Source of the DNA: Candidatus Nomurabacteria bacterium
GTDB taxonomy: Bacteria; Patescibacteriota; Dojkabacteria; SC72; JAHDCA01
Assembly: GCA_020632375.1 (NCBI GenBank)
Contig: JACKFR010000001.1
Coordinates: 149,106 to 213,105, forward strand
Direction of reading: 5' to 3'
Length of the DNA: 64,000 bases
The position numbers and the translations under genes were made by a program. Below, in pieces: positions 52,519-62,793 of this stretch. The notes under the pieces were generated by a model. That model searched no databases, was not told the origin of the DNA, and worked only from the letters and a program-made list of their open reading frames with translations. Position 1 is the first letter of the stretch. Every line of letters starts with the position of its first letter.

Positions 52519-53711
52519 TCGCCTGTCTCGAAGTTAAAGTCGTCTCCTGTAAAGCCGCTTTTTTTAACTGTCAGATTTTTCACTAAAAATTTGCAAAAAG
52601 TATCTGAATTATCGAAAGAGCTTATTAAATAAGCGAAATTACTGCGGCTGTTTTCAAGTACATAAGCATTAGAAGTCTTTGAGCCGTTTGTGATGGAAGC
52701 TTCAAGATACGCACCTTGGTTTCCTTCTGTAAAAAACGAATTTATCGTTGCCCAGCCCTCCGATTGTTTTTTCGGATCAGTTTCCCCAGGAGGAAGCTTA
52801 TTTGAACTTAGAAATCCTGTTAGAAGTGCATCGAGGTGAGAACCTATTTTACCGATTGGTTCAAGGTAACAGCGGTCTGTTCCACCAATCTTTTTAAATG
52901 AAACACCTCTTAGGTCAGAAAAATTAGAAGCATGATAGGCTATTAAATATTCATTCGGAATGGCTAGCTCCCAAGGAAAATCTGGTAGCAGCTCGGTAGT
53001 TGAGCTTCCTGCCATGACCAATTCGTGTGCAGCTGCTGCTTCAACTTCTTCTTTGAGACCGGTTTTAGCGTCTTTAACAGAGATTTTTTCATACCAGATA
53101 TCGTTTATTTCACTATGAATTCTCAGCCCTTCATCTTTTCTAACCCAATATTCGCCATATTTTTGTACTTCAGAGGCTCTTTCTACGCTTAAGACATGCT
53201 CCCAGTCATATTGTGGAAGATCTTTGTTGTAAAAGTCATAGACATCTTGTGCGGTTGAGTGAATCGGCAAACGGTAGATAGCTTTTCCTGAGGTTATAAA
53301 CTGTCTCACTGAGTCATCAGTTTTGTAATCTTGGAATACAAACTCAGAGTTTGGAAATATCGGCACACCTTCAAATCCGATTACCTGTCCTTCCTGTGTC
53401 TGGACTCCGTTTACATCCCGAGTTTTATCTACGCGAATAGAGATAACTGATTTTACCCCACGATATGATAGAAATATAAGCGCAGTAGGAATAAAAAGAA
53501 TCAAAAAGTACTTTAAAGCAATGCGTAGATACTTATGTTTAATAAATGATAGCTGTCTTTTTTTCTTAAGGCTTGATGATTTGTCGGATCTCCGAAACTT
53601 TAATATTGAGGAAGTTTTTTTACGCTTATTTTTGAGTCGTGTTGGCTGTTTTTTAAAATAGACGGGATCAATTTGAGATTTCTTTTTTCTTTTCAGCAAT
53701 GGTATCTTCAT
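52515..53711 (-). CDS. membrane-anchored hypothetical protein
   Basis: 398 aa with a Lys-rich N-terminus, one TM helix, and an extracytoplasmic domain with no motif I recognise. Confidence 0.5.
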   Translation of the reverse strand: MKIPLLKRKKKSQIDPVYFKKQPTRLKNKRKKTSSILKFRRSDKSSSLKKKRQLSFIKHKYLRIALKYFLILFIPTALIFLSYRGVKSVISIRVDKTRDVNGVQTQEGQVIGFEGVPIFPNSEFVFQDYKTDDSVRQFITSGKAIYRLPIHSTAQDVYDFYNKDLPQYDWEHVLSVERASEVQKYGEYWVRKDEGLRIHSEINDIWYEKISVKDAKTGLKEEVEAAAAHELVMAGSSTTELLPDFPWELAIPNEYLIAYHASNFSDLRGVSFKKIGGTDRCYLEPIGKIGSHLDALLTGFLSSNKLPPGETDPKKQSEGWATINSFFTEGNQGAYLEASITNGSKTSNAYVLENSRSNFAYLISSFDNSDTFCKFLVKNLTVKKSGFTGDDFNFETGD

Positions 53712-53799
53712 AGTGGTTAGATTATAGCAAGAAGTTTGTTCAGCGGTTAAAGATTTTTTGAGGGCTATTAATGTGATAGAATCGCTTGTCTAATAATGA

Positions 53800-53870
53800 T
53801 GCGGGATCGTCTAACGGTAGGACACCGGCCTTTGAAGCCGAGAATCATGGTTCGAATCCATGTCCCGCAA
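53800..53870 (+). tRNA. tRNA-Gln (anticodon UUG)
   Basis: TGCGGGATCGTCTAACGGTAGGACACCGGCCTTTGAAGCCGAGAATCATGGTTCGAATCCATGTCCCGCAA is 71 nt. It has the U1-A72 pair typical of bacterial tRNA-Gln and anticodon loop CTTTGAA. Confidence 0.88.
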
Positions 53871-53985
53871 TGTCGCTAACCTATAGTACTTTGGATGGCG
53901 CAAGTAAGGTGAAAATCTCTCTTAAAAATACTACATCCTGATCATTTCGAACCGTCTTGTAGAATTTTTCGCCAGACTTGTTCGT

Positions 53986-54357
53986 ATGGATGGGAGAAAT
54001 AATACGAAACCTGCAATGGCATTTGCTTTATTCCCATGCATAATTATCTTGCGGAACCAAAAGCATCCAATGACAGACCAATGGCTAAATCATGAAAAAA
54101 TTCATGTAATGCAGAATTTTGAGTCATTGGGGTTAATCCACATAATTTCTCGACTTGAGTACCTTTATGCTCGATATATCTTAAAGTATGACAGAATTAA
54201 AGCTTATATGTACCAGTGCGTGGAACAAGAAGCCTATTTAAACCAGCACGATTTTGAGTATCTTAAAAATAAGCGGCCTTTGGAAATAATGAAATATATT
54301 CGCACGAAGAGGAATTTCCATACAGATGACAGTTATGGAATTACAATCGACCGATAG
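53986..54357 (+). CDS. small HExxH zinc-metallopeptidase-like protein (DUF4157-like)
   Basis: 123 aa. AMAFALFPCIIILRNQKHPMTDQWLNHEKIHVMQ resembles the DUF4157 pattern (A.AfT.G..I.f....LLaHEltHvvQ). The frame is open upstream to 53926 without an ATG, so the N-terminus is uncertain. Confidence 0.45.
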   Translation: MDGRNNTKPAMAFALFPCIIILRNQKHPMTDQWLNHEKIHVMQNFESLGLIHIISRLEYLYARYILKYDRIKAYMYQCVEQEAYLNQHDFEYLKNKRPLEIMKYIRTKRNFHTDDSYGITIDR

Positions 54358-54460
54358 CCTGTCCCAAACCTACTTCTACCACATCTATTCCCTCGGTTCT
54401 AGATATCTCTGCAAGAGGAAATCATATATAATCGCTACATATATTCTAGAATAATCGTGT

Positions 54461-55438
54461 ATGGAAAAGGTTTTCACATGGCTAGATCAGCACAATAAGC
54501 ACGGTGTCGGCAGGCTAGTTTTTCAGCTTTTTCCTATGATTGTATGTGTCGTGCTATTTGCCTTCTTTATTATCTCGTCTCACTTTTTTATTACGAATTT
54601 AATAAATCCGTTTTCAGCAAGCGAGATTAAAATTGTCCTAAATCTGCGGGATATCGGTGTTGGCTTCTTCCTGTATTTTTTAACTGCAATGGACTATGCC
54701 ATCATTGTTGGGAGAATGCAGGTCTCAAATCCTGGATCCAAATCTCGATTGATAATGAATGTAGCAACTTGTGTGGGTTGTTTTTTTGGTGTAACGCTAA
54801 TTCTTTTTCTTTGGGGCTTCGCTAAAGATATTACATGGCTGATAACACCTATCTTAATATTCGCAGGTAGTGTGATGATAAAACTCGGATATGAAGGGAA
54901 GGAATATTTTGAGACAGATAAGAATGTCCGGCCGTTTTTAAGAAAACCCACTGTAGCGATTCTCACCACTCTTTATAAGCTTACAAGAGTCTTTACTTAT
55001 TGGATGCCAGAGATCGGTCATCCTAAAGCAGAAAAAATGCCAGCTAAAACACTGGCTAAATGGTCTTTTCTGCTTCCTTTTATAATTGGCACAGACGATC
55101 TAATCGGATATATGGGTGCAATGACTGTTTATAATGTTTTTGGATTACTTTTCGGTATTTACCTTGCAGATATTGCCATAGATATCCTGATTTTTATTTC
55201 ACCGGAAAATACCAAGAAAATTGTCGAAAATGCATATATATCCCTTTTCGCAGGATACGCTTTTCTTTACCTCGCATATAAATCATTTAGAGAAGCTCAT
55301 TCAGTGTTAGTAGGGCACTACAATTTTTCAGACCTAAAGATCTTGGGTTTTGGACTACTCTTCGCAGCAGTTGTAATAATAGTTGATTTAGTAACATCAA
55401 AACTCCCTTACTCTCACAAACATATCGAGAGACAATAA
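54461..55438 (+). CDS. polytopic integral membrane protein (hypothetical)
   Basis: 325 aa with about 8 TM helices and two acidic intramembrane-looking motifs (AMDYAIIVG, GTDDLIGYMG). A TAGAAT box lies 8 nt upstream of the ATG. Confidence 0.55.
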   Translation: MEKVFTWLDQHNKHGVGRLVFQLFPMIVCVVLFAFFIISSHFFITNLINPFSASEIKIVLNLRDIGVGFFLYFLTAMDYAIIVGRMQVSNPGSKSRLIMNVATCVGCFFGVTLILFLWGFAKDITWLITPILIFAGSVMIKLGYEGKEYFETDKNVRPFLRKPTVAILTTLYKLTRVFTYWMPEIGHPKAEKMPAKTLAKWSFLLPFIIGTDDLIGYMGAMTVYNVFGLLFGIYLADIAIDILIFISPENTKKIVENAYISLFAGYAFLYLAYKSFREAHSVLVGHYNFSDLKILGFGLLFAAVVIIVDLVTSKLPYSHKHIERQ

Positions 55439-55519
55439 GTTAATTTATTTTTCAAGATATTTGTAACTGTTTGTAGTAAAATTCGTATATAGCTTTAGCT
55501 TATTTAAATCAGTTTACTA

Positions 55520-56806
55520 ATGCAAAAAAATCACCCAATTACTAAAGTACTTGCTGTTATCGGCATCCTTTTTATATTCCTCGTTATATTAAGAGTCATC
55601 AGAAACAACATTAACTCTAGTGGAGAAACTCCGGGAACAACTATAAATACCGGAACAACTTCTCTCCAAAAAGAACAGATTGTTGATTGTGTGGCAGGGT
55701 CTTCAAAATGCCCAGAACTAACAATTTCAGGAGACTCTCTGGCAAAACTCCCAAATGGAGAACTAAGTTATTTTAAAGGTTTTGCGGATCCATCGATTCG
55801 ATCAGATCCTGTAAGTAGGAAACTTTGGTTGGCTTATTCTTGGCCAAATATTCACGCTAAAAGTAAAACTGAGGTAGTTCCCGGTGTAGATATTCATTTA
55901 GCGTCTAGCTCTGATGGGGGCGATACGTGGACTTATGAAGGTGCTTTATGGGATTCTAAGGAAGATAATAATGTTGTAAATGGTGAATCTGGTTATACTG
56001 ACAACGAGGTAGTCAATCTTCTTCCTGTAGAAGATGCGGGTGAAGTTACTTGGTATGCAGTAAGGATTCAATATTTTCTCCCAACTGATGGGGGGTTTAA
56101 AAAGAGGCCAGTTACTAGTTTCCGCCTGAAAATTGGAAAAGCCTCTTCACCACTTGGACTTTCAAGTGCAGAAATGCAGACTCTAGGTGCAGTAAAATCT
56201 GACCAAAGGTGGGGAATCGACCAAAACCTTTCTGACTTATCTTCAGATGCCCAGAAATGCCAGTTTTGGAATGAGCCTTCACTGTACTATGAAGACGGCA
56301 GACTGTATCTTGTCGTAAGATGCTTGGCCTTTACTCTCTTTGGTTTACAACCAGATGCAGCTAAAAGCGATCAGATGGTTTTTTATACCGATCCTAGCGG
56401 AGATGCAAAGAATTGGAAATGGACATATGTCGGAATATTAGCGGGAAATAACGAAGCAAAAGAGTTTGGCGCAGACGGAATAACCCAAGTTGATATTGTA
56501 AAGGGAGAAGACGGCGCACTTCTTGCAGTATTCTCACCTGATAGATATGATTCATCTACTAAAGACTTCATACACTACGGCTGCAGAGTCGTAGAGATTA
56601 ATCCAATGAGTGATCCTGGGTTTAAACGGGACTCAGATGGGAATTTAATAATCCGTGCGGCTGTCAACACTTCAGACCTTTCTGAAATTGGCCCTGGGGC
56701 TTGCTCATATGATCCGGAATCTTCAACAGGAATCATTATTACAAGAAGAGAAAAGACAAGTACATCTTTGACCGCAGGTCTATATGTGACAGGACTACAC
56801 CCATAG
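55520..56806 (+). CDS. membrane-anchored BNR/Asp-box (sialidase-like beta-propeller) protein
   Basis: 428 aa with an N-terminal TM and the Asp-box SSSDGGDTW. The sequence is beta-rich. Confidence 0.6.
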   Translation: MQKNHPITKVLAVIGILFIFLVILRVIRNNINSSGETPGTTINTGTTSLQKEQIVDCVAGSSKCPELTISGDSLAKLPNGELSYFKGFADPSIRSDPVSRKLWLAYSWPNIHAKSKTEVVPGVDIHLASSSDGGDTWTYEGALWDSKEDNNVVNGESGYTDNEVVNLLPVEDAGEVTWYAVRIQYFLPTDGGFKKRPVTSFRLKIGKASSPLGLSSAEMQTLGAVKSDQRWGIDQNLSDLSSDAQKCQFWNEPSLYYEDGRLYLVVRCLAFTLFGLQPDAAKSDQMVFYTDPSGDAKNWKWTYVGILAGNNEAKEFGADGITQVDIVKGEDGALLAVFSPDRYDSSTKDFIHYGCRVVEINPMSDPGFKRDSDGNLIIRAAVNTSDLSEIGPGACSYDPESSTGIIITRREKTSTSLTAGLYVTGLHP

Positions 56807-56881
56807 GCATATATTCTTATATATTGATCTCTAACCCGCAGGTTGATACTATTTAGGTGTTAACTTTTGTTAAAAATTTAT

Positions 56882-57253
56882 ATGAACAGAAGTCAGAACG
56901 GTTATGCTGATGCAATAGAAAATGAGACAATCAGCAATACAGATTATAGGCGTGTTTTATATACCGGCAAGTTTCAACTGGTTTTAATGTCGCTTAAGCC
57001 AGGCGAAGAGATCGGTGAAGAGGTTCATGAAGACCACGATCAGTTTTTTAGGTTTGAGGCTGGAATAGGGAAAGTTACTATCAACGGTGAAGAGATATCA
57101 GTTATTGATGGTGACGCTGTTGTTGTACCTGCCGGATCGAAGCATAATGTTATAAATACTTCTACTGAAGAAGAATTGAAACTTTACACCATTTACGCCC
57201 CTCCACAGCATTCGGACGGTACAGTTCAACATAGCAAGACAGAGGTTGAGTAG
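56882..57253 (+). CDS. cupin-domain protein
   Basis: Carries GEEVHEDHDQFFRFEAGIGKVTING...VVPAGSKHNVINT (cupin motifs 1 and 2). ATG 56882 is preferred over TTG 56867. Confidence 0.75.
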   Translation: MNRSQNGYADAIENETISNTDYRRVLYTGKFQLVLMSLKPGEEIGEEVHEDHDQFFRFEAGIGKVTINGEEISVIDGDAVVVPAGSKHNVINTSTEEELKLYTIYAPPQHSDGTVQHSKTEVE

Positions 57254-57292
57254 GTTTTTCATCCGTGAATCCTGGTTTGGCTATAAAATCGA

Positions 57293-57739
57293 CTAATTCA
57301 AATCTATTCGCCCCTGGAGATTGACGATTTTCCCATTGTAGGCGTTAAAAACACTCCTTATTTCTTGATCCATTTCAGACATCTCTAGATAAACTTTTTC
57401 AACGCCAATGTTTTTAAGTTCGGTAAGCGTCCAGTTTAGTAAAGTGGACACATTTGTTTCAGTTAAAGACTCCGGTTCAATAATCAGCTGTAGAATCTCG
57501 CCAATTTCATCTTCACTACCGTATGATACGTATCCTATAACACGATCTCCTTTAACAAGCACACCGTACTTAAGCGGAGATTTTTTATCTTGAATTCTTT
57601 TTCCAATAGTTTTCGTCGCTTCAGAACGACTGGTTAAGTATCTCTGATACCCGAAATCACTATTCTTCCTTTCATAATAGGCGAGAAGGAGCGTACTTAT
57701 TGGATATATATCGTTGTCGGAGGCATTCCTAACATCCAT
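57293..57739 (-). CDS. GNAT-like acetyltransferase-fold protein (weak)
   Basis: 148 aa. VLVKGDRVIGYVSYG...ILQLIIEPE...VEKVYLEM fits the GNAT beta4-alpha3 layout, but the Q/RxxGxG/A CoA loop is not evident. Confidence 0.4.
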   Translation of the reverse strand: MDVRNASDNDIYPISTLLLAYYERKNSDFGYQRYLTSRSEATKTIGKRIQDKKSPLKYGVLVKGDRVIGYVSYGSEDEIGEILQLIIEPESLTETNVSTLLNWTLTELKNIGVEKVYLEMSEMDQEIRSVFNAYNGKIVNLQGRIDLN

Positions 57740-57813
57740 GAGAAGTTATACAAAATATTTGACGAACTGGCAACTGGAAGGTATGATTGAGAGATTAAGA
57801 ATAGATAAATATC

Positions 57814-58110
57814 ATGATCCTCGAATATCCTGTAATATATGGCGAGATCGAAGACTCTTTTGAAAGAGTCTTTCCTGATTATGCCCACCCTAATCCTCTT
57901 TCTGCCCGATTTATTGGTCGTGGAGGTGGAGGGCGAAAAAGAACTTCAGAAGCCGAGGAAGGTTACAAGCAGCTTTCTCTCTTTGACAGGATTACAGGCT
58001 TAGTTACAGTTATAGTCACTAAAGACGGTACTATGATAATCCCCAATGAAGGAGTAAAAAGCAATCTTGGAAGCGACTATGAACGACCTGATAATCCCTG
58101 GAACAGCTAG
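57814..58110 (+). CDS. hypothetical protein
   Basis: 98-aa ORF with an RGGGGRKR tract. Its 3' end overlaps the uvrB stop by 4 nt. No family recognised. Confidence 0.35.
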   Translation: MILEYPVIYGEIEDSFERVFPDYAHPNPLSARFIGRGGGGRKRTSEAEEGYKQLSLFDRITGLVTVIVTKDGTMIIPNEGVKSNLGSDYERPDNPWNS

Positions 58111-60089
58111 ACCAACTCTCTCAATTCTTTAATCTGGTCTCTCAGCTCAGCTGCTTTTTCAAACTGCAAATTCTCAGCAGCAATAAACATTTTTTCTTGT
58201 AATGCCTTGATCTGCTGCTTGATCTCATGTTTAGGTGGGCGAGATTCTTCTACCCATTTCTTATAATCCACTTCTTGAACTTCTTCTTTCTCTACAAGCT
58301 TGCCTCGTATTGCCTTCTGAATTGTAGTTGGTGTGATATGGTATTTTTTATTGTAATCTTGTTGATACCTTCTTCTTTTTTCAGTTACATCAATTGCATA
58401 TTTCATGCTGTCAGTCATTTTGTCGGCATAAAGAATCACTCGGCCATCTTGGTGTCGCGCCGCTCGACCCATTGTTTGAACAAGGCTAGTTTTAGATCTC
58501 AAAAAACCTTCTTTGTCAGCATCAAGAATGATTACAAGCGAAACTTCCGGCAAATCTATACCCTCTCTCAGTAAGTTTATTCCGACAAGCACGTCATATT
58601 CTCCAAGGCGGAGGTCTCTTAATACATCTACTCTCTCTACAGTGTCTTGACCCGAATGGAGATAATGTACCTTAATACCAATGTCCGAAAGATAGGCAGA
58701 AAGATCTTCTGACATCTTTTTTGTAAGGGTTGTTATCAGAACTCTTTGTCCTTTTTTTACTGTTTTATCTACTTCGTTAATTACGTCATCGATCTGATTT
58801 TCAGTTGGTCTTTGGTCAACAACTGGATCCAATAATCCTGTCGGTCTGGTCAGCAGCTCAACCTGCAAACCTTTGCTGTCGTCGGTTTCCCAGTCACCTG
58901 GTGTAGCAGATACATAAATAGTGTTACCCTGTCTCTGTCTGAACTCTTCAAAGTTTAGGGGTCTATTGTCAATTGCCGAGGGTAGCCTAAAACCATAATC
59001 GACTAATGTTTGTTTTCTGGCTTTGTCACCGTTATACATTCCGCCAACCTGAGGAACTGTAATATGAGATTCGTCAATAAACAAAAGATAATCGTCTGGG
59101 AAATAGTCCAAAAGTGTATACGGAGGGTCTCCATGTTCGCGGCCTTCAAAATATACAGAGTAGTTTTCCATTCCTTTACAGTAGCCAACTTGGGAGAGCA
59201 TTTCTAAATCATACTCAGTTCTTTGCTTCAGCCTTTCGGCTTCAAGATGCTTTCCAGCTTTTACAAATTTTTCGACAGCTTGACTTAATTCTTGACGAAT
59301 CTTTGAAACAGCCAGGTTAATGGTTTCGGCATCAAATACAAAGTTTTTTGATGGGAATATTTCAACCTCACTGACCTCGGAAATTTTATGTGCAGTTAAT
59401 GGCTCAATATAGCTGATTCGTTCAATTTCATCTCCCCAATACTCAAGGCGTATAGGGTAGTCATCATAAGGCATAAATATATCTACAACGTCTCCTTTTA
59501 CTCTGAAAGATCCTGGGACAAAGTCTGTAAGATCTCTTTTATACTGCATAAAGACTAAATCTCGAGAAAGCTCTGAAAGAGATTTCGTATCACCAACTTT
59601 AAGTGGGAGGGCTTTGTGTTCGTAGTTCCCGGGATCACCTATGTTGTAGATGCATGAGACTGATGCTACGACAATAACATCTCGACGAGTAACCGCAGAA
59701 TTCATAGCAGAAAGCCTGAAGCGCTCGATCTCTTGGTTTATATCTGCTTCTTTTTCAATATAGACATCTTTTCCAGGTAAATATGCTTCGGGCTGGTAAT
59801 AGTCGTAGTAAGAAACAAAATACTTAACTGCATTGTCTGGGAAGAAGTCTTTAAACTCTTCAAACAGTTGTGCCGCAAGAGTCTTGTTATGTGAGAGCAC
59901 TAAGGCTGGACGATTCAAACGCTGTATTGTATTTGCCATAACATAGGTCTTTCCTGATCCAGTAACTCCGAGCAGAACCTGCCTATCTTTTCCTTCATTA
60001 ATATTTGAGACTATCTCTGTAATTGATTTTTCTTGGTCAGGAGAAGGCTTAAACTTGGACTGGAGATTAAATTTCTTTGAAGATTTCAT
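58107..60089 (-). CDS. uvrB: excinuclease ABC subunit B
   Basis: 660 aa with Walker A GVTGSGKTYVMA, DESHITVPQ, helicase motif VI QTMGRAARH and a C-terminal UVR domain (FEKAAELRDQIKEL). Confidence 0.96.
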   Translation of the reverse strand: MKSSKKFNLQSKFKPSPDQEKSITEIVSNINEGKDRQVLLGVTGSGKTYVMANTIQRLNRPALVLSHNKTLAAQLFEEFKDFFPDNAVKYFVSYYDYYQPEAYLPGKDVYIEKEADINQEIERFRLSAMNSAVTRRDVIVVASVSCIYNIGDPGNYEHKALPLKVGDTKSLSELSRDLVFMQYKRDLTDFVPGSFRVKGDVVDIFMPYDDYPIRLEYWGDEIERISYIEPLTAHKISEVSEVEIFPSKNFVFDAETINLAVSKIRQELSQAVEKFVKAGKHLEAERLKQRTEYDLEMLSQVGYCKGMENYSVYFEGREHGDPPYTLLDYFPDDYLLFIDESHITVPQVGGMYNGDKARKQTLVDYGFRLPSAIDNRPLNFEEFRQRQGNTIYVSATPGDWETDDSKGLQVELLTRPTGLLDPVVDQRPTENQIDDVINEVDKTVKKGQRVLITTLTKKMSEDLSAYLSDIGIKVHYLHSGQDTVERVDVLRDLRLGEYDVLVGINLLREGIDLPEVSLVIILDADKEGFLRSKTSLVQTMGRAARHQDGRVILYADKMTDSMKYAIDVTEKRRRYQQDYNKKYHITPTTIQKAIRGKLVEKEEVQEVDYKKWVEESRPPKHEIKQQIKALQEKMFIAAENLQFEKAAELRDQIKELRELV

Positions 60090-60137
60090 GAAGTCTATTG
60101 TACCAAATTAATAGATTTAATTTGCAGATTACTGATG

Positions 60138-60146
60138 TGTTACAAT
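60138..60146 (+). promoter_or_regulatory. extended -10 (TGtTACAAT) 7 nt upstream of the mutL ATG (candidate leaderless promoter)
   Basis: The sequence is gtgTGtTACAATtcatcatATG, with the ATG at 60154. No SD is present. Confidence 0.4.
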
Positions 60147-60153
60147 TCATCAT

Positions 60154-62007
60154 ATGAGTAAAATCTTGAAGCTTCCACAAGACATTGTTAATCAGATTGC
60201 TGCGGGTGAAGTCATCGAAAGGCCGTCTTCAGTTGTGAAAGAGCTTCTGGACAATGCTATCGACTCTGGTGCAGAAAAGATTAAAATTCGTATAAAGTCG
60301 GGTGGTAAAAGGCTAATCGAGGTGTCCGACAATGGTTCTGGTATTGACGGAGATATGCTTGAGCAAGCTTTAGAGCCTCACGCAACAAGTAAAATCGTAT
60401 CTCTCGAAGATCTTAATTCGCTTATGACTCTGGGATTTAGAGGAGAGGCTTTGTCGACAATCGCTTCGGTTGCAAAAGTCACTATTGCTTCGAAATCAGA
60501 GAATCAAGAAACAGCAAAACAGATCACATCAAGCTATGGGGAAAAAAAAGAAATAACAGATGTTGCAAGAGACACCGGCACAACAGTTACGGTTGAAGAT
60601 CTTTTTGAGGAGATTCCAGCCAGAATGAAATTTCTCAAATCTGATGAGACTGAGTACCGAAAAATAATTGAAACAGTGACCCCTTATCTGGTTCTCCACC
60701 CGGAGATACACTTTACTTTGGAAAAAGACGGAAGAGTTATCTATAATCTTCCCAGGATTGAAGGCGCATCTGCAGGACAACTAGTTGAATCGAGAATAAG
60801 TGAGGTAAACAGAGGAGACTTTGTTAAAGATATGGTCACTGTTTTTTCAGATGGAGCCGGTATTAAAGTCGTGGGCTTGGTTGCTCATCCAAGGCATCAC
60901 AGCCAAAGGCCGACGACTACACAGATGTTCGTAAATAATCGCCCAATTTATGACAAGGGCTTGTATAGAAGTGTCTTAAGCGGGTATGGTAGATTTATTC
61001 CGCATGGAGAAAAAGTTCCGTTTTTGCTGAATATCGTTATAGAGCCACACTTGGTTGACGTTAATGTTCACCCAAGAAAAGAAGAGGTTCGTTTCATGAA
61101 TCCTTATAGAGTTTTTACTGCTGTAGAAGATGCTATAAAAGCTGCCCTTGAGTCTGAAGTTAAAAATTATAATGAAAATGGCGACATGACAATTTCTTCA
61201 GATATGGATTCAGATGAAATCGCATATAACAGGCTCAGAGCATCCGGTAATGTTCGTAAACTAAAAGACCAGCGGTCACAATTTGAGTCGAGTTTTTTGA
61301 AAAGTCCTACTGAGATTAGATTTAACAAGCCCTCCCGGTCTACCCAAATTCAAAATAGCTTAAACTTCAGCAAAAGCATAATCAGCGATTCATCAGATGG
61401 AGAAGCTGATCATCGGGACTCTGGGGTTATATCTGAATTTAGAAGCGTACACCAAGTCTTCAATAAATATATTATTGCTGAAATGGAAGAAGAGATGTGG
61501 GTTATAGATCAGCATGCTGCAGCAGAGCGAATATCTTTTGAACGATTAAAAAATAACATCAAGAATGGCGCAGACATTCAAGAGTTGTTGGTACCTACTC
61601 ATATACCACTCGAAGATTCTGAGATTTCTTATGTTAATGAAAACATTGGGTTTTTTGAAAAAATTGGCTTCGGGATAAAAACAGTTGAAAATGGTGTTTT
61701 AATAACCGCAGTGCCAAGCGAGTTTACAGGTGTACCGATTGAAAATGTTTTTAAAGCGATTTTTGAGCTCACAGACCAGTCACTTGATTTAGCAAATAAC
61801 TTTAAGAAAGCTCAGGAGGATATTCTCGCTACAGTCGCTTGTCATACGAGTATTCGTTCAAAGCAAAGGCTTGATACAGCCGAGTGCGAGTCGCTGATTA
61901 GACAATTGATGGCTTGCAAGAACTCGTATAGCTGTCCTCACGGTCGGCCGATTGTTTGGAGGATGAGCCTTACAGAAATTGATAAGAATTTTGATAGAAC
62001 ATATTAA
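60154..62007 (+). CDS. mutL: DNA mismatch repair protein MutL (endonuclease type)
   Basis: 617 aa with the GHKL ATPase N-terminus (IAAGEVIERPSSVVKELLDNAIDSGA, GFRGEALSTIA). The C-terminal endonuclease motif is DQHAAAERISFE, with CPHGRP also present. Confidence 0.95.
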   Translation: MSKILKLPQDIVNQIAAGEVIERPSSVVKELLDNAIDSGAEKIKIRIKSGGKRLIEVSDNGSGIDGDMLEQALEPHATSKIVSLEDLNSLMTLGFRGEALSTIASVAKVTIASKSENQETAKQITSSYGEKKEITDVARDTGTTVTVEDLFEEIPARMKFLKSDETEYRKIIETVTPYLVLHPEIHFTLEKDGRVIYNLPRIEGASAGQLVESRISEVNRGDFVKDMVTVFSDGAGIKVVGLVAHPRHHSQRPTTTQMFVNNRPIYDKGLYRSVLSGYGRFIPHGEKVPFLLNIVIEPHLVDVNVHPRKEEVRFMNPYRVFTAVEDAIKAALESEVKNYNENGDMTISSDMDSDEIAYNRLRASGNVRKLKDQRSQFESSFLKSPTEIRFNKPSRSTQIQNSLNFSKSIISDSSDGEADHRDSGVISEFRSVHQVFNKYIIAEMEEEMWVIDQHAAAERISFERLKNNIKNGADIQELLVPTHIPLEDSEISYVNENIGFFEKIGFGIKTVENGVLITAVPSEFTGVPIENVFKAIFELTDQSLDLANNFKKAQEDILATVACHTSIRSKQRLDTAECESLIRQLMACKNSYSCPHGRPIVWRMSLTEIDKNFDRTY

Positions 62008-62009
62008 GT

Positions 62010-62717
62010 ATGGCAGCAGAAATTTTTATAATACCTTCTCCATTATCTAAAGATAAAACTGACATTCTGCTTGAAGATGACAGAAGGTTTGTTTCCGAGA
62101 TTAAAACATTCTTCGTTGAAGATAAAAAAACTGCCCGACACCATCTCAAACTACTTCTTCCTGGAGTAGAACTAAGCTCGTTAAAGATGTACGTGATTGA
62201 TGAGCATTCAAAGACCCGTGATATTGAGAATTTAGTCGATATCGTAATAAAGGAAGGAAAGGTCGGACTTGTTTCCGAAGCAGGCTATCCGGCGGTCGCA
62301 GATCCAGGATCAAAGTTTATCAGGTTAGCCCATATGAGAAATATTAGGATAAGGCCACTTTGGGGGGCTTCCTCAATAATCTTAGCTTTAGCCGGATCCG
62401 GTCTTGAATCTCAAAAGTTTACGTTTAATGGTTATCTTCCGAGACAGAAGTCGTTAAGAATCTCCGAAATTAAAAAGCTTGAGGCAAAAAGCAAAAATAG
62501 CTCAACAACACAAATTTTTATTGAAGCTCCTTATAGAAACATTCATCTGTGGAAAGACTTGATAAGCTCTTGTGATAATCAAACAGAAGTATCAGTTGCA
62601 GTAAATTTAACCGGAAAAGATGAGTTCATTAAAACTGCAAAAGCAGGAGATTGGAAAAAGATGAGATGGCCTGATATAGATGGTATCCCCACAATATTTA
62701 TGCTAAACGCTAAATAA
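62010..62717 (+). CDS. tetrapyrrole-methylase-fold SAM-dependent methyltransferase (RsmI-like)
   Basis: 235 aa. LVSEAGYPAVADPGSKFIRLA...PLWGASSIILALAGSGLESQKFTFNGYLP is collinear with RsmI (LVSDAGTP...DPG...PLPG....AL..SGLP...F.F.GFLP). Confidence 0.75.
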   Translation: MAAEIFIIPSPLSKDKTDILLEDDRRFVSEIKTFFVEDKKTARHHLKLLLPGVELSSLKMYVIDEHSKTRDIENLVDIVIKEGKVGLVSEAGYPAVADPGSKFIRLAHMRNIRIRPLWGASSIILALAGSGLESQKFTFNGYLPRQKSLRISEIKKLEAKSKNSSTTQIFIEAPYRNIHLWKDLISSCDNQTEVSVAVNLTGKDEFIKTAKAGDWKKMRWPDIDGIPTIFMLNAK

Positions 62718-62793
62718 AGAGCATAAGCCACCTCTCTTGTCATAGTATTGAATTCTATGTAAACTGTCCTCCTGGAATTAGCTAAACAAACTT

